Shown here: positions 33,052 to 41,945 of the stretch, in pieces
How the letters are laid out: each line of letters opens with the position of its first letter
Position numbering within the stretch: position 1 is the first letter of the stretch
From: an uncultured Chloroflexia bacterium
Lineage (GTDB): Bacteria; Chloroflexota; Limnocylindria; Limnocylindrales; CSP1-4
Assembly: GCA_963734535.1 (NCBI GenBank)
Contig: CAVTHS010000010.1
Location: 128,001 to 192,000 of the forward strand
DNA length: 64,000 nucleotides
Reading direction: 5' to 3'
Translations under genes and position numbers: made by a program
Notes under the pieces: generated by a model
The model's database searches: none
Seen by the model: only the letters and a program-made list of their open reading frames with translations
What the model was told of the DNA's origin: nothing

Positions 33052-33293
33052 GTGCCCTCGACGCCTTCGTTGCCGGCCGCAGTTGTCATGCCAGGCACCC
33101 GCACCTCCGGGGGCGCGAGCGCGAGGAGGATCTCCATCCAGGGCGTCGTCGTGGTCCGGTCGCGGTCGAGCATGACGGGACGTGGCGGCACGTCGGAGGG
33201 CGCGCGGTCAGCCGGTCGGTGCGCGCGTTGGCCGCGCAGGCGACGGATCACCACCCTATCCTTCAAGGCAGCAGACGTCGCGCCCCGCGCGTC

Positions 33294-33322
33294 TTGCCCG
33301 CCCACCGGGCGCTCGGTACGAT
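33294..33322 (+). promoter_or_regulatory. Sigma70-type promoter of the BMP/ABC operon
   Basis: TTGCCC-17 nt-TACGAT, about 85 nt upstream of the AAGGAGGAG RBS and ATG. Confidence 0.55.
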
Positions 33323-33406
33323 GCGTCACAGCAGTCTGCCCGGTCGAAACGGGTGAGCGCGCCCACCGGACCTCGCTCGAGGCCCAGTCCGCGCAAGGAG
33401 GAGTTC

Positions 33407-34621
33407 ATGTTCACACGCACCACCAGGCTCGGGTTGCTCGCCGCGACGCTCGCGATCGTCGCCTCGGCGTGCAGCGGCTCAGCCACCCCCACGCCCGCCC
33501 CGTCGGTGGCACCATCCGTCGCGCCATCGGTCGCCCCGTCCGTCGCGCCGTCGGTCGCCCCGTCCGTCGCGGCCAGCCCGTCCCCGGCGGCCTCGACCGG
33601 CGCCTCGCTCAAGATCGGTGTCGTCACCGACATCGGGACGCTCAACGACAAGAACTACAACGAGTACACCTACAAGGGCGCCTCCGAGGGTGCGGCCGCG
33701 ATCGGCGCCGCCACCCCGGCGTCCATCGTCCCGAAGGACCAGTCTGAGTACGCGGCCGACATCCAGTCGTTCGTCGACCAGAAGTACGACATCGTCGTCA
33801 CGGTCGGCTTCAACCTGACCGCCGACACCGTCAAGGCCGCCAAGGCGAACCCGACCATCAAGTTCATCGGCGTCGACCAGTCGCCGATCTGTGTCACGCC
33901 GGATGGCGCCCCGGACGACAAGTTCGAGTGCAAGGGCGATGCCAAGACCCTGCTCCCGAACTATGAGTCCATCTACTACGCCGAGGATCAGGCCGGCTAC
34001 CTCGCGGGCATCGTCGCGGCCTATGCCTCGAAGACCAACTCCATCGGCGCCATCGGCGGCACGACCCTCTGCGCCCCGTGCGTGCGCTACATCCAGGGTT
34101 ACGAGCTCGGCGCCAAGTCCGTCAAGGCCGACATCAAGGTCAAGACCGCGTACGTCACCAACGACTTCTCCGCGGCCGCCTTCAACGATCCGGCGGGCGG
34201 CAAGGCGTTCGCTCAGACGTTTATCAAGACCAACAAGCCGGACGTTCTCTTCCAGGTCGCCGGCAAGACCGGCAACGGCGTCATCGAGGCCGCCTGCGCC
34301 GCCAACATCTACGGCATCGGCGTCGACGTCGACCAGTGGGTCTCGCTCGGGGCGCCCGCCAACGCATGCGTCATCACGAGCGCCGAGAAGAAGCTCGTCG
34401 TCTCCGTCTCGGCAGCCATCCAGGCCGCCGCGGCCGGCAGCTTCCAGCCGGGCGACGTCCTCTACAACGCCGCCAATGACGGCATCGGCGTCTCGGACTT
34501 CCATGACCAGGCCAAGCTGTTCGGGCCCGAGGTGAAGACCGCGCTCGACACCGCCCTCGCGGCGATGAAGGCCGGCACCCTCAAGACCTGCCCCGACACG
34601 GGTTGCGGCGTCGCGAAGTAA
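33407..34621 (+). CDS. BMP-family (nucleoside) ABC substrate-binding lipoprotein
   Basis: VASAC lipobox, (APSV)x5 linker, VTDIGTLNDKNYN, QAGYLAG, FQVAGKTGNG, IGVDVDQ. Confidence 0.93.
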   Translation: MFTRTTRLGLLAATLAIVASACSGSATPTPAPSVAPSVAPSVAPSVAPSVAPSVAASPSPAASTGASLKIGVVTDIGTLNDKNYNEYTYKGASEGAAAIGAATPASIVPKDQSEYAADIQSFVDQKYDIVVTVGFNLTADTVKAAKANPTIKFIGVDQSPICVTPDGAPDDKFECKGDAKTLLPNYESIYYAEDQAGYLAGIVAAYASKTNSIGAIGGTTLCAPCVRYIQGYELGAKSVKADIKVKTAYVTNDFSAAAFNDPAGGKAFAQTFIKTNKPDVLFQVAGKTGNGVIEAACAANIYGIGVDVDQWVSLGAPANACVITSAEKKLVVSVSAAIQAAAAGSFQPGDVLYNAANDGIGVSDFHDQAKLFGPEVKTALDTALAAMKAGTLKTCPDTGCGVAK

Positions 34622-34644
34622 CGCTCCTCCCTCCGTCGCACCAG

Positions 34645-34675
34645 GAACAGGCCGGCCGGCACGGCCGGCCTGTTC
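34645..34675 (+). terminator. Perfect 14-bp hairpin after the binding-protein gene (mRNA-stabilising or attenuating)
   Basis: GAACAGGCCGGCCG-gca-CGGCCGGCCTGTTC; no U-tract. Confidence 0.65.
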
Positions 34676-34718
34676 GAATCCCGCCCCGCCCGGTCGCCTT
34701 CTCGCGGAGACCCAGCCG

Positions 34719-36296
34719 ATGACGGACCAGCCAGCAGCCGTGCTCGCGCCGGCGCTCGAAATGCGCGGCATCACGAAGCGCTACCCGGGCGTGGTGGCGA
34801 ACGATGGGATCGATCTCGAGGTCCGCCCCGGCGAGATCCATGCCCTCCTCGGCGAGAACGGCGCCGGCAAGACGACCCTCATGAACGTCCTCTACGGCCT
34901 CGCGAGACCGGACGAGGGCGAGATCGTGCTCGACGGGAAGCCGGTCACGATCGCCGGACCGTCGGATGCCATCTCGCGCGGCATCAACATGGTCCACCAG
35001 CACTTCATGCTCGTCCCGGTGCTCACGGTCGCCGAGAACATCCTCCTCGGCGAGGAGACGATGGCGAACCGTGTCTTCCTCGACCGGCGCGAGTCGCACA
35101 CGCGGATCGTCGAGCTCGGCCGGCGGTTCGGCTTCGAGATTGACCCGGAGGCGAAGGTCGGATCGCTGTCCGTCGGGTGGCAGCAGCGCGTGGAGATCCT
35201 CAAGGCGCTGTACCGGAATGCCCGCATCCTCGTCCTCGACGAACCGACCGCGGTCCTGACGCCCCAGGAGACCGAGGAGATCTTCGCCGTCCTGCGACGG
35301 CTGGCCGCCGACGGGCACAGCATCGTCTTCATCAGCCACAAGCTCTACGAGGTCCTCGAGATCGCCGACCGGATCACGGTGATCCGCCGCGGTCGCGTCG
35401 TCGGGCAGCGGCGGCCGGCCGAGACAAACGAGGATGACCTCGCCGAGCTCATGGTCGGCCGCGAGGTCCAGCTCACGGTGGACCGCGGCACGTCCCATCC
35501 GGGCGAGGCAGTGCTACGCGTGACCGGGCTCCAGGCAAAGGACGACCGCGGCCACCTTGCCGTCCGAGGGGTCGACCTGGAGGTGCGTGCCGGCGAGATC
35601 CTGGGTATCGCCGGCGTGGCCGGCAACGGCCAGGACGAGCTCGTCGAGGCGATCATCGGCCTCCGACATCCGACGGCCGGCATGGTCACCCTGGCCGGCT
35701 CCGACGTGACCGGCCACTCGCCGCGGGACATGAACGAGGCCGCCGTCGCATACGTGCCGGCCGACCGACACCGCTTCGGCCTGATCACGCCGTTCTCGCT
35801 CGCCGACAACCTGGTCCTCACGAGCTACTACCGGCACCCGTATGCGCGGGGCATTCTGCGCAACGGGGACGCGATCCACCGGGACGCCGTCTCGGCGATC
35901 GAGCGCTTCGATATCCGCACGCCATCGGCGACGGTCACGGCCGGCACGCTCTCCGGCGGCAACCAGCAGAAGGCGGTGGTGGCGCGCGAGTTCGACCGGG
36001 ACCTGAAGCTGCTGGTCCTGGACCAGCCGACTCGTGGCCTCGACGTCGGCAGCATCGAGTTCATCCATCGCCAGGTGATCGCGAAGCGCGATGCCGGGAC
36101 CGCGGTCCTGCTGGTCTCCGCCGAGCTGGACGAGGTGCTGGAGATGTCGGACCGGATCGGCGTCATGTTTGCCGGCCGGATCGTGGCCATCCTCGATGGC
36201 CGCACCGCCGACAAGAACGAGGTGGGACTCCTGATGGCGACGGGCGGCACCGACCGGGGCGGATCCCAGCCCCAGATCGTGGAGACCGTGCGATGA
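34719..36296 (+). CDS. Nucleoside/sugar (CUT2) ABC transporter ATP-binding protein
   Basis: GENGAGKTT, MVHQHFML, LDEPTAVLTPQE, LSGGNQQK, QPTRGLDVG. Confidence 0.95.
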   Translation: MTDQPAAVLAPALEMRGITKRYPGVVANDGIDLEVRPGEIHALLGENGAGKTTLMNVLYGLARPDEGEIVLDGKPVTIAGPSDAISRGINMVHQHFMLVPVLTVAENILLGEETMANRVFLDRRESHTRIVELGRRFGFEIDPEAKVGSLSVGWQQRVEILKALYRNARILVLDEPTAVLTPQETEEIFAVLRRLAADGHSIVFISHKLYEVLEIADRITVIRRGRVVGQRRPAETNEDDLAELMVGREVQLTVDRGTSHPGEAVLRVTGLQAKDDRGHLAVRGVDLEVRAGEILGIAGVAGNGQDELVEAIIGLRHPTAGMVTLAGSDVTGHSPRDMNEAAVAYVPADRHRFGLITPFSLADNLVLTSYYRHPYARGILRNGDAIHRDAVSAIERFDIRTPSATVTAGTLSGGNQQKAVVAREFDRDLKLLVLDQPTRGLDVGSIEFIHRQVIAKRDAGTAVLLVSAELDEVLEMSDRIGVMFAGRIVAILDGRTADKNEVGLLMATGGTDRGGSQPQIVETVR

Positions 36297-37471
36297 GCGG
36301 CACCACGCCGCCGGCGGCCGCCCCGGCGCCGGCGGCGCCCACGAAGGGCGACCGCTCCCCGATCACGTGGCGGCGGATCTGGAACGCGATCGCCGTCCCG
36401 CTGGTGGTCATCGTCGGATCGCTCGCGCTCGGCGCGATCGTGGTCCTGTTCTCGGAGCTCCTCGTGCCCGGGAAGCCGTTCGACCCCTGGCTCTGGGTGA
36501 CGGCGTACGCCGCGCTCGTGGAGGGCGCGACCGGGAGCTACGACGCGGTCGTCTCCACGCTCGTCAACACGACACCGCTGCTCCTCGGCGGCCTCGCGGT
36601 CGGCTTCGGTTTCAAGGCCGGACTCTTCAACATCGGCGCCCAGGGCCAGTTCCTGATCGGCGCCCTCGGCTCGGTCATCGTCGGTGTCTGGGTCTCCACG
36701 TGGTCCCCCATCCTCGCGATCCCGGCCGCCACGATCGCCGGAATCCTCGCCGGCGCGTTCTGGGGCTTCATCCCGGGCTTCCTCAAGGCGGTCTCGGGCG
36801 CCCACGAGGTCGTCTCCACGATCATGATGAACTACATCGCCGTGGCCACCCTGGCGGCGCTCGTCAGCGGGCCGCTGAAGGTGCCGCGCTCGCCCCAGGC
36901 AATGACGTTCGACGTCAAGAATGCCGCCTTCCCGGTCTTCCTCGGCCGCAACGGGCACATCGGCATCCTGATCGCGCTACTCGCGGCGCTCTTCGTGTGG
37001 TGGCTGCTCAACCGGACCACGTGGGGCTTCGAGGTCCGCTCGGTGGGCGCCAACCCGGACGCCTCGCGGTACGCGGGCATGCGACCCCGCCTCATCATCA
37101 TCGCGACGATGACGTTCAGCGGCGCGCTGGCCGGCCTCGCCGGCACGTCCGTGCTCCTGGGCGTCAACCACGCGATGACCTCGAGCTTCGGGACGACCGT
37201 CGGCTTCGACTCCATCGCGGTGGCGCTCCTCGCACGCTCGAACCCGCTGGGGATCATCTTCTCGGCGCTGATCTTCGGGGCCATGCGCGCAGGGGCGGGG
37301 CTGATGCAGGTCAAGGCGCAGATCCCGGCGGAGCTGGTCGACGTGCTGCAGGCGACGATCCTGCTGCTCCTGGTGGCCACGCCCGTCATCAGGCGCGTGT
37401 TCGGGTTGTCGAACAGGGCCAAGGGCCTGCAGGAGCCGGTCACGCCGATGGGCGGCGGAGCGGTCGTCTGA
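36293..37471 (+). CDS. Nucleoside ABC transporter permease
   Basis: AGLFNIGAQGQ, HEVVSTIMMNYIA, GFDSIAVALL. Confidence 0.93.
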   Translation: MSGTTPPAAAPAPAAPTKGDRSPITWRRIWNAIAVPLVVIVGSLALGAIVVLFSELLVPGKPFDPWLWVTAYAALVEGATGSYDAVVSTLVNTTPLLLGGLAVGFGFKAGLFNIGAQGQFLIGALGSVIVGVWVSTWSPILAIPAATIAGILAGAFWGFIPGFLKAVSGAHEVVSTIMMNYIAVATLAALVSGPLKVPRSPQAMTFDVKNAAFPVFLGRNGHIGILIALLAALFVWWLLNRTTWGFEVRSVGANPDASRYAGMRPRLIIIATMTFSGALAGLAGTSVLLGVNHAMTSSFGTTVGFDSIAVALLARSNPLGIIFSALIFGAMRAGAGLMQVKAQIPAELVDVLQATILLLLVATPVIRRVFGLSNRAKGLQEPVTPMGGGAVV

Positions 37472-38556
37472 TGGATATCTCGCCCCTCCTCCACGGCCTT
37501 GCGTCCATCCCGATCCTCGGGATCGTCTTCCAGCTGTTCGGCTACCTCGTCGAGCTGATCCCGCCAAATGCCGCCGGCATCCTGACCCAGGCGACGCCAC
37601 TGGCCCTCGCCGCGCTGTGCGGTGTCGTCTGCGAGCGATCGGGCATCGTCAACATCGGCATCGAGGGCACCATGCTCGCGGCCGCCTTCGCGGCGTGGGT
37701 CACGGGGGTCGCGGTCAACCCGATGTTCGGGAACCCCCAGCCGGGCGACATCTTCGGGTTCACGTTCCCGCTGCTCCTCTGCCTCATCGCCGCGATCCTG
37801 GTGGCCGTCCTGATCTCCGGCCTCCACGCCTGGCTTTCGATCTCGCTCCGGGCGGACCAGATCATCAGCGGCACCATCATCAACATCGCCGCGTTCGGCA
37901 TGACCGGATACCTCGACCAGATCATCACGAAATCGTCACCGGCGGGCGCCGGCGCGTTCGCGCGATTCGAGCCTCCCCAGGCGCTCGTCGATCTGCCCGG
38001 GGTGGGGTGGATCTTCTCGATGTTCCTCAACCAGGGTCCGATCGCGCTGACAGCGCTCGTCCTGATCATCGGCACGCAGATCTGGCTCTTCCGCTCGCGC
38101 TGGGGCCTCCGGACTCGCGCGGTCGGCGAGCACCCGCGGGCTGCCGAGACGGTCGGCATCGACGTGGTCCGGCTGCGCTACAAGAACGTGCTGCTCGGCG
38201 GCGTCTTCGCGGGGCTGGCCGGCGCGTTCCTCTCGATCGAGGCGACGAACTCGTTCCAGATCGGGATGACGAACGGACGCGGCTTCATCGCGCTCGCCGC
38301 GATGATCATGGGACGCTGGACCCCGATCGGGGCCCTTGGATCCTCGCTCCTCTTCGCGTTCTTCCTCCAGCTGAGCCAGCTGATCAAGATCGCCCCTCCG
38401 TCCGGCGACCTGGGGAACGTCCTGAGCGCCATGCCGGCCCAGGTGTTCGATGCCCTCCCCTACATCCTGACGATGGTCGTGCTTGCCGGCGTGGTCGGCC
38501 GGAGCGTGCCACCGGCCGCCGACGGCCAGCCGTACGAGCGGGAATCCGCGACGTAG
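37471..38556 (+). CDS. Nucleoside ABC transporter permease
   Basis: ERSGIVNIGIEG, GLRTRAVGEHP, GRGFIALAA, LPYILT. Confidence 0.93.
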   Translation: MDISPLLHGLASIPILGIVFQLFGYLVELIPPNAAGILTQATPLALAALCGVVCERSGIVNIGIEGTMLAAAFAAWVTGVAVNPMFGNPQPGDIFGFTFPLLLCLIAAILVAVLISGLHAWLSISLRADQIISGTIINIAAFGMTGYLDQIITKSSPAGAGAFARFEPPQALVDLPGVGWIFSMFLNQGPIALTALVLIIGTQIWLFRSRWGLRTRAVGEHPRAAETVGIDVVRLRYKNVLLGGVFAGLAGAFLSIEATNSFQIGMTNGRGFIALAAMIMGRWTPIGALGSSLLFAFFLQLSQLIKIAPPSGDLGNVLSAMPAQVFDALPYILTMVVLAGVVGRSVPPAADGQPYERESAT

Positions 38557-38623
38557 TCTCCGCCCCGGCAGTCCCGCGCCCGATACCCGGCGTGCCAAAC
38601 CATTCCCAGGAGGTCCAAGACCC

Positions 38624-39853
38624 GTGAGCGTCCCCGTCGCTCCGGCAGAGCTCGGCTACGAGCCGGGCAGCCCGGCCTTCATCGCGGATCCCTATCCCGT
38701 CTTCGCCCGGCTTCGCGCGGATCATCCGGTGATCCATGATCCGACGACCGACCAATGGCTGGTCTCGCGTTTCGCTGACATCAATGCGCTGCTGCGCGAC
38801 CGGCGACTTGGCCGCTCCTACGTGCATGTCGCGACGCACGAGGAGTTCGGGCGCACGCCGCCCCCCGGCTGGCAGGCACCCTTCCACGACAGCCTCCGGG
38901 TCCAGCTCATCGACATGGAGCCGCCCGACCACACCCGGCTCCGTCGCCTGGTCTCGGCCGCGTTCACGCCGCGCACCGTCGAGCGTCTCCGACCGCGCGT
39001 GACCGAGCTGGTGGACGGACTCGTGGGTGCCGCCCGCGGGCGCGGGGAGTTCGACCTCCTCGCCGACGTCATCGAGCCGCTCCCGGTGGCCGTCATCGCC
39101 GAGCTGCTCGGGATCGCGGCTGCCGATCGGCCGTTGCTGCGCCCGTGGTCGGCGGACATGACCCTCATGTTCGAGCTGGCCCGCAGCGAGGACGACGAGC
39201 GGCGGGCGGTCCGGGCCACCGTGGAGTTCTCCGACTACCTGCGCGGCGTCGTCCGGGAGCGGCGCCGGTCGCCCGGGGACGATCTCCTGAGCCAGCTCGT
39301 CCAGGTCGGCGAGGCCGGCGACCGGCTCTCGGAGGACGAGCTGATCGCGACCGCCATCCTGCTCCTCAACGCCGGTCACGAGGCCTCCGTGAACGGGGCC
39401 GCAAACGCATGGTGGACGCTCTTCCGCCATCCCGACGCACTTGCGGCGCTGCGGTCGGACCCCGGGCTCGTGCCGACCGCGGTGGAGGAGCTCCTTCGGT
39501 ACGACACGCCCGCGCCGATGTTCGAGCGCTGGGTCCTCGAGGAGATCGAGCTCGACGGGGTCACGATCCCGCGCGGGCAGGAGCTTGCGCTGCTCTTCGC
39601 GTCGGCGAACCGCGACCCGGCCGCGTTCACGGATCCCGACGGCCTGGTCCTCGAACGCAGCCCGAACCCACACCTCGCCTTCGGGGCCGGAATCCACTAT
39701 TGCCTGGGGGCGCCGCTGGCACGCCTGGAGCTGGCGATCCTGTTCCGGGCGATCCTCGAGCGGATGCCGACGCTGGAGCTCGTCGCCGAGCCGGCCTGGA
39801 AGCCGCGCTTCGTCCTGCGCGGCCTCCAGGCGCTTCCGGTGCGTCTCGGCTGA
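38624..39853 (+). CDS. Cytochrome P450 (resembles actinobacterial CYP107P-type)
   Basis: EPPDHTRLRRLVSAAFTP, LLNAGHEAS I-helix, EELLRYD, FGAGIHYCLG heme motif; AGGAGG upstream. Confidence 0.93.
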   Translation: MSVPVAPAELGYEPGSPAFIADPYPVFARLRADHPVIHDPTTDQWLVSRFADINALLRDRRLGRSYVHVATHEEFGRTPPPGWQAPFHDSLRVQLIDMEPPDHTRLRRLVSAAFTPRTVERLRPRVTELVDGLVGAARGRGEFDLLADVIEPLPVAVIAELLGIAAADRPLLRPWSADMTLMFELARSEDDERRAVRATVEFSDYLRGVVRERRRSPGDDLLSQLVQVGEAGDRLSEDELIATAILLLNAGHEASVNGAANAWWTLFRHPDALAALRSDPGLVPTAVEELLRYDTPAPMFERWVLEEIELDGVTIPRGQELALLFASANRDPAAFTDPDGLVLERSPNPHLAFGAGIHYCLGAPLARLELAILFRAILERMPTLELVAEPAWKPRFVLRGLQALPVRLG

Positions 39854-39855
39854 CG

Positions 39856-41013
39856 TCAGCCCCCGAGCGGGTAGCGGCCATCCTCCATGGCAGCGTCCAC
39901 CATCGCGAGGACGTTCTCCGCGGGGACCTCGTCCATGATCGTGTGGACTGCGGCGAGGAGGTACCCACCACCTGGTGCCAGCGTGCCGATCACCCGTCGC
40001 ACCTCCTGCCGGACGTCCGACGTGGTGCCGTAGGGCAGGACGCGCTTCGTGTCGACCGCGCCGCAGAAGCTCAGGTGATCGCCATGGCGGCGCTTGAGCG
40101 TGGCAATGTCGGCCATCCGTCCCGACGAGGTCTGGATCGGGTTCAGGACGTCGACCCCGATCTCGACGAGGTCGTCCACCAGGTCGGACACATCGCCGTC
40201 GGTGTGGAAGAACACCCGCGCCTTCGTGCGGGCATGGATGAACGCGATGTACTCGGCGTGGATCGGCTTCAGGATCCGGCGGTACATCGCGGGCGACATG
40301 AGGAGCAATTCCTCGGTCCCGAGGTCGTCGCCGATCTTGACGATGTCGACGTCGTCGCCGAGCTCGCGCAGGAAGTGGCCCATGAGCCGCGTGCAGAGAC
40401 CCGCAATGCGGCGCAGGAGCGCCTCCGCGAGCTCCGGGTTGAGCGCCATGTTCGCGAGGAACGTCTCCATGCCCTGCATGGCGAACGCACGTTCCAGCGG
40501 GAAGAGCAGCCAGGGCGTCGCCATGATCGCGTACCGGTTGTCCGCCGCCAGCCGGGCCGCCTCCGCGCGCACGTGCGCGACGCGCGATGGGTCGTCCATG
40601 TCGGGCCACGGGTAGGCCTCGATCGCGTCGAGGGTCTCCGCCTCGCTCAGCGGATGGATGCCGGGGAACCAATGGCCTTCGTCGACCTCTACCTGGCCGC
40701 TGCCCCAGTCGTCAATGCAGGGCGCGTGCGGCGGCCGTTCCCGGTTATGGCGCCGGGTCGCGAACGGGATCGCGTCCAGGACGGGCCGTACGTCCGTCCC
40801 GAGTCGCTCCAGGATGGCCTCCGACGGGTGGACCGTGCCCAGCTCAGGCCAGTCGTAGAGGTAACGATCGCCGGGATCGAGCCCGAGGAGATCCGCGATG
40901 CCGCGATATGGCCGCGCCTTGATGCCGGTGGCGTTGCTGACCCCGACGACGATGGGCACACGGTCCGGCTCGGTGTGATCGAGGGCCATCCGGACACGGT
41001 CGCGGGGAGTCAT
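39856..41013 (-). CDS. Uroporphyrinogen decarboxylase / corrinoid methyltransferase (MtaA/CmuA-like) superfamily protein
   Basis: MTPRDRVRMALDHTEPDRVP, GDDLGT...MSP, FHTDG, GVDVLNPIQ, GGGYLLAAVH. Confidence 0.88.
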   Translation of the reverse strand: MTPRDRVRMALDHTEPDRVPIVVGVSNATGIKARPYRGIADLLGLDPGDRYLYDWPELGTVHPSEAILERLGTDVRPVLDAIPFATRRHNRERPPHAPCIDDWGSGQVEVDEGHWFPGIHPLSEAETLDAIEAYPWPDMDDPSRVAHVRAEAARLAADNRYAIMATPWLLFPLERAFAMQGMETFLANMALNPELAEALLRRIAGLCTRLMGHFLRELGDDVDIVKIGDDLGTEELLLMSPAMYRRILKPIHAEYIAFIHARTKARVFFHTDGDVSDLVDDLVEIGVDVLNPIQTSSGRMADIATLKRRHGDHLSFCGAVDTKRVLPYGTTSDVRQEVRRVIGTLAPGGGYLLAAVHTIMDEVPAENVLAMVDAAMEDGRYPLGG

Positions 41014-41142
41014 GGACACGCAGTGGGCCTCCAGCTCGGGCGTGGGTGGCGCAAGTATGGCGTCCGATGGTGGTTCGTCGCGTGCCTCTCGGGCCGCGGT
41101 GCGCTCGCAGCCGGGCGGACGCGCCCGTGCCATGATCCTCAC

Positions 41143-41625
41143 ATGGACGCCGCGGAGCGATCGCGCCTCGCCGCCATCCTGGACCTCCAGGAGGGACGCG
41201 GCGACGTGTCGCTCCTCGACGACGGGGCGATCCGGGAGCTCCTCCGGACGGCCCGCCGGGTCGCGGTGATCGGGGCGTCGGACCGGCCGGGCCGGCCGTC
41301 GCGCGAGGTCTTCGCGGCGCTCCTCCGGGCCGGCTACGACGCGGTCCCGGTCACTCCCCGCTTCGCGATGGTCCTGGACCGGCCCGCGTACCCGGACCTC
41401 GCCGCCGCGGTGGCCGCTACGGGTCCATTCGAGATCGTCGACGTCTTCCGCCGTGCCCAGGACTGCCCGGCGCACGCCCGCGAGGCGGTCGCGGCGAGTG
41501 CTCTCGTCCTCTGGCTCCAGCTGGGCATCGTCAGCTGGGAAGCCGCGGCGATCGCCCGCGACGGCGGCGTCGACGTCGTCATGGACCGCTGCATCTCGGT
41601 GGAGCGACACCGGCTGCTGCGCTGA
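41143..41625 (+). CDS. CoA-binding protein (YccU-like)
   Basis: VAVIGASDRPGRPS, IVDVFRR, LWLQLGI, VVMDRCI. Confidence 0.9.
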   Translation: MDAAERSRLAAILDLQEGRGDVSLLDDGAIRELLRTARRVAVIGASDRPGRPSREVFAALLRAGYDAVPVTPRFAMVLDRPAYPDLAAAVAATGPFEIVDVFRRAQDCPAHAREAVAASALVLWLQLGIVSWEAAAIARDGGVDVVMDRCISVERHRLLR

Positions 41626-41666
41626 GACGTGCTCGTGCGCGCCTTGTCGAGGATGCGAGCCGGTCG

Positions 41667-41945
41667 CTACCGGATGACGAGCCCGGCCACGGCCAGCACC
41701 ACGCCCGCGCCAGCGACCACGAGCGCCTCGCGCACGCGCGAGCGCAGGATCGACTTCATGACGTCGGCGCCCGTCGTGTCGCCGACCGCGCGGCCGGGAC
41801 CGCCCCGCCAGGCGCGGTAGCGCTCCGCATTAGCTTCCTGCGCTCGGAGCGCCTGGTAGCGCCCCCACGGCCTGCGCGCTCGCCACAGGCCGATTGCGAC
41901 GAGCGCGACCCCGGCGACAACAAGGACGAGGCCGAGCGGGCTCAT
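41667..41945 (-). CDS. Small 2-TM membrane protein
   Basis: MSPLGLVLVVAGVALVAIG...YRAWRGG...ALVVAGAGVVLAVAGLVIR; ATGA overlap with the gatB stop. Confidence 0.7.
   Translation of the reverse strand: MSPLGLVLVVAGVALVAIGLWRARRPWGRYQALRAQEANAERYRAWRGGPGRAVGDTTGADVMKSILRSRVREALVVAGAGVVLAVAGLVIR

Noticed and set aside
33052-33290. Possible small gene or remnant between the GerMN and BMP genes (MLDRDRTTTTPWMEILLALAP...)
   Set aside because: No RBS or recognisable motif, and the frame runs antisense into the GerMN gene
33323-33406. Purine-type riboswitch in the BMP leader
   Set aside because: Only small hairpins are present; the purine aptamer consensus is not seen
39856-41013. Calling this gene hemE
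   Set aside because: It matches the broader UroD/methyltransferase-like family; HemE-specific motifs (e.g. RQAGRY) and heme pathway context are absent
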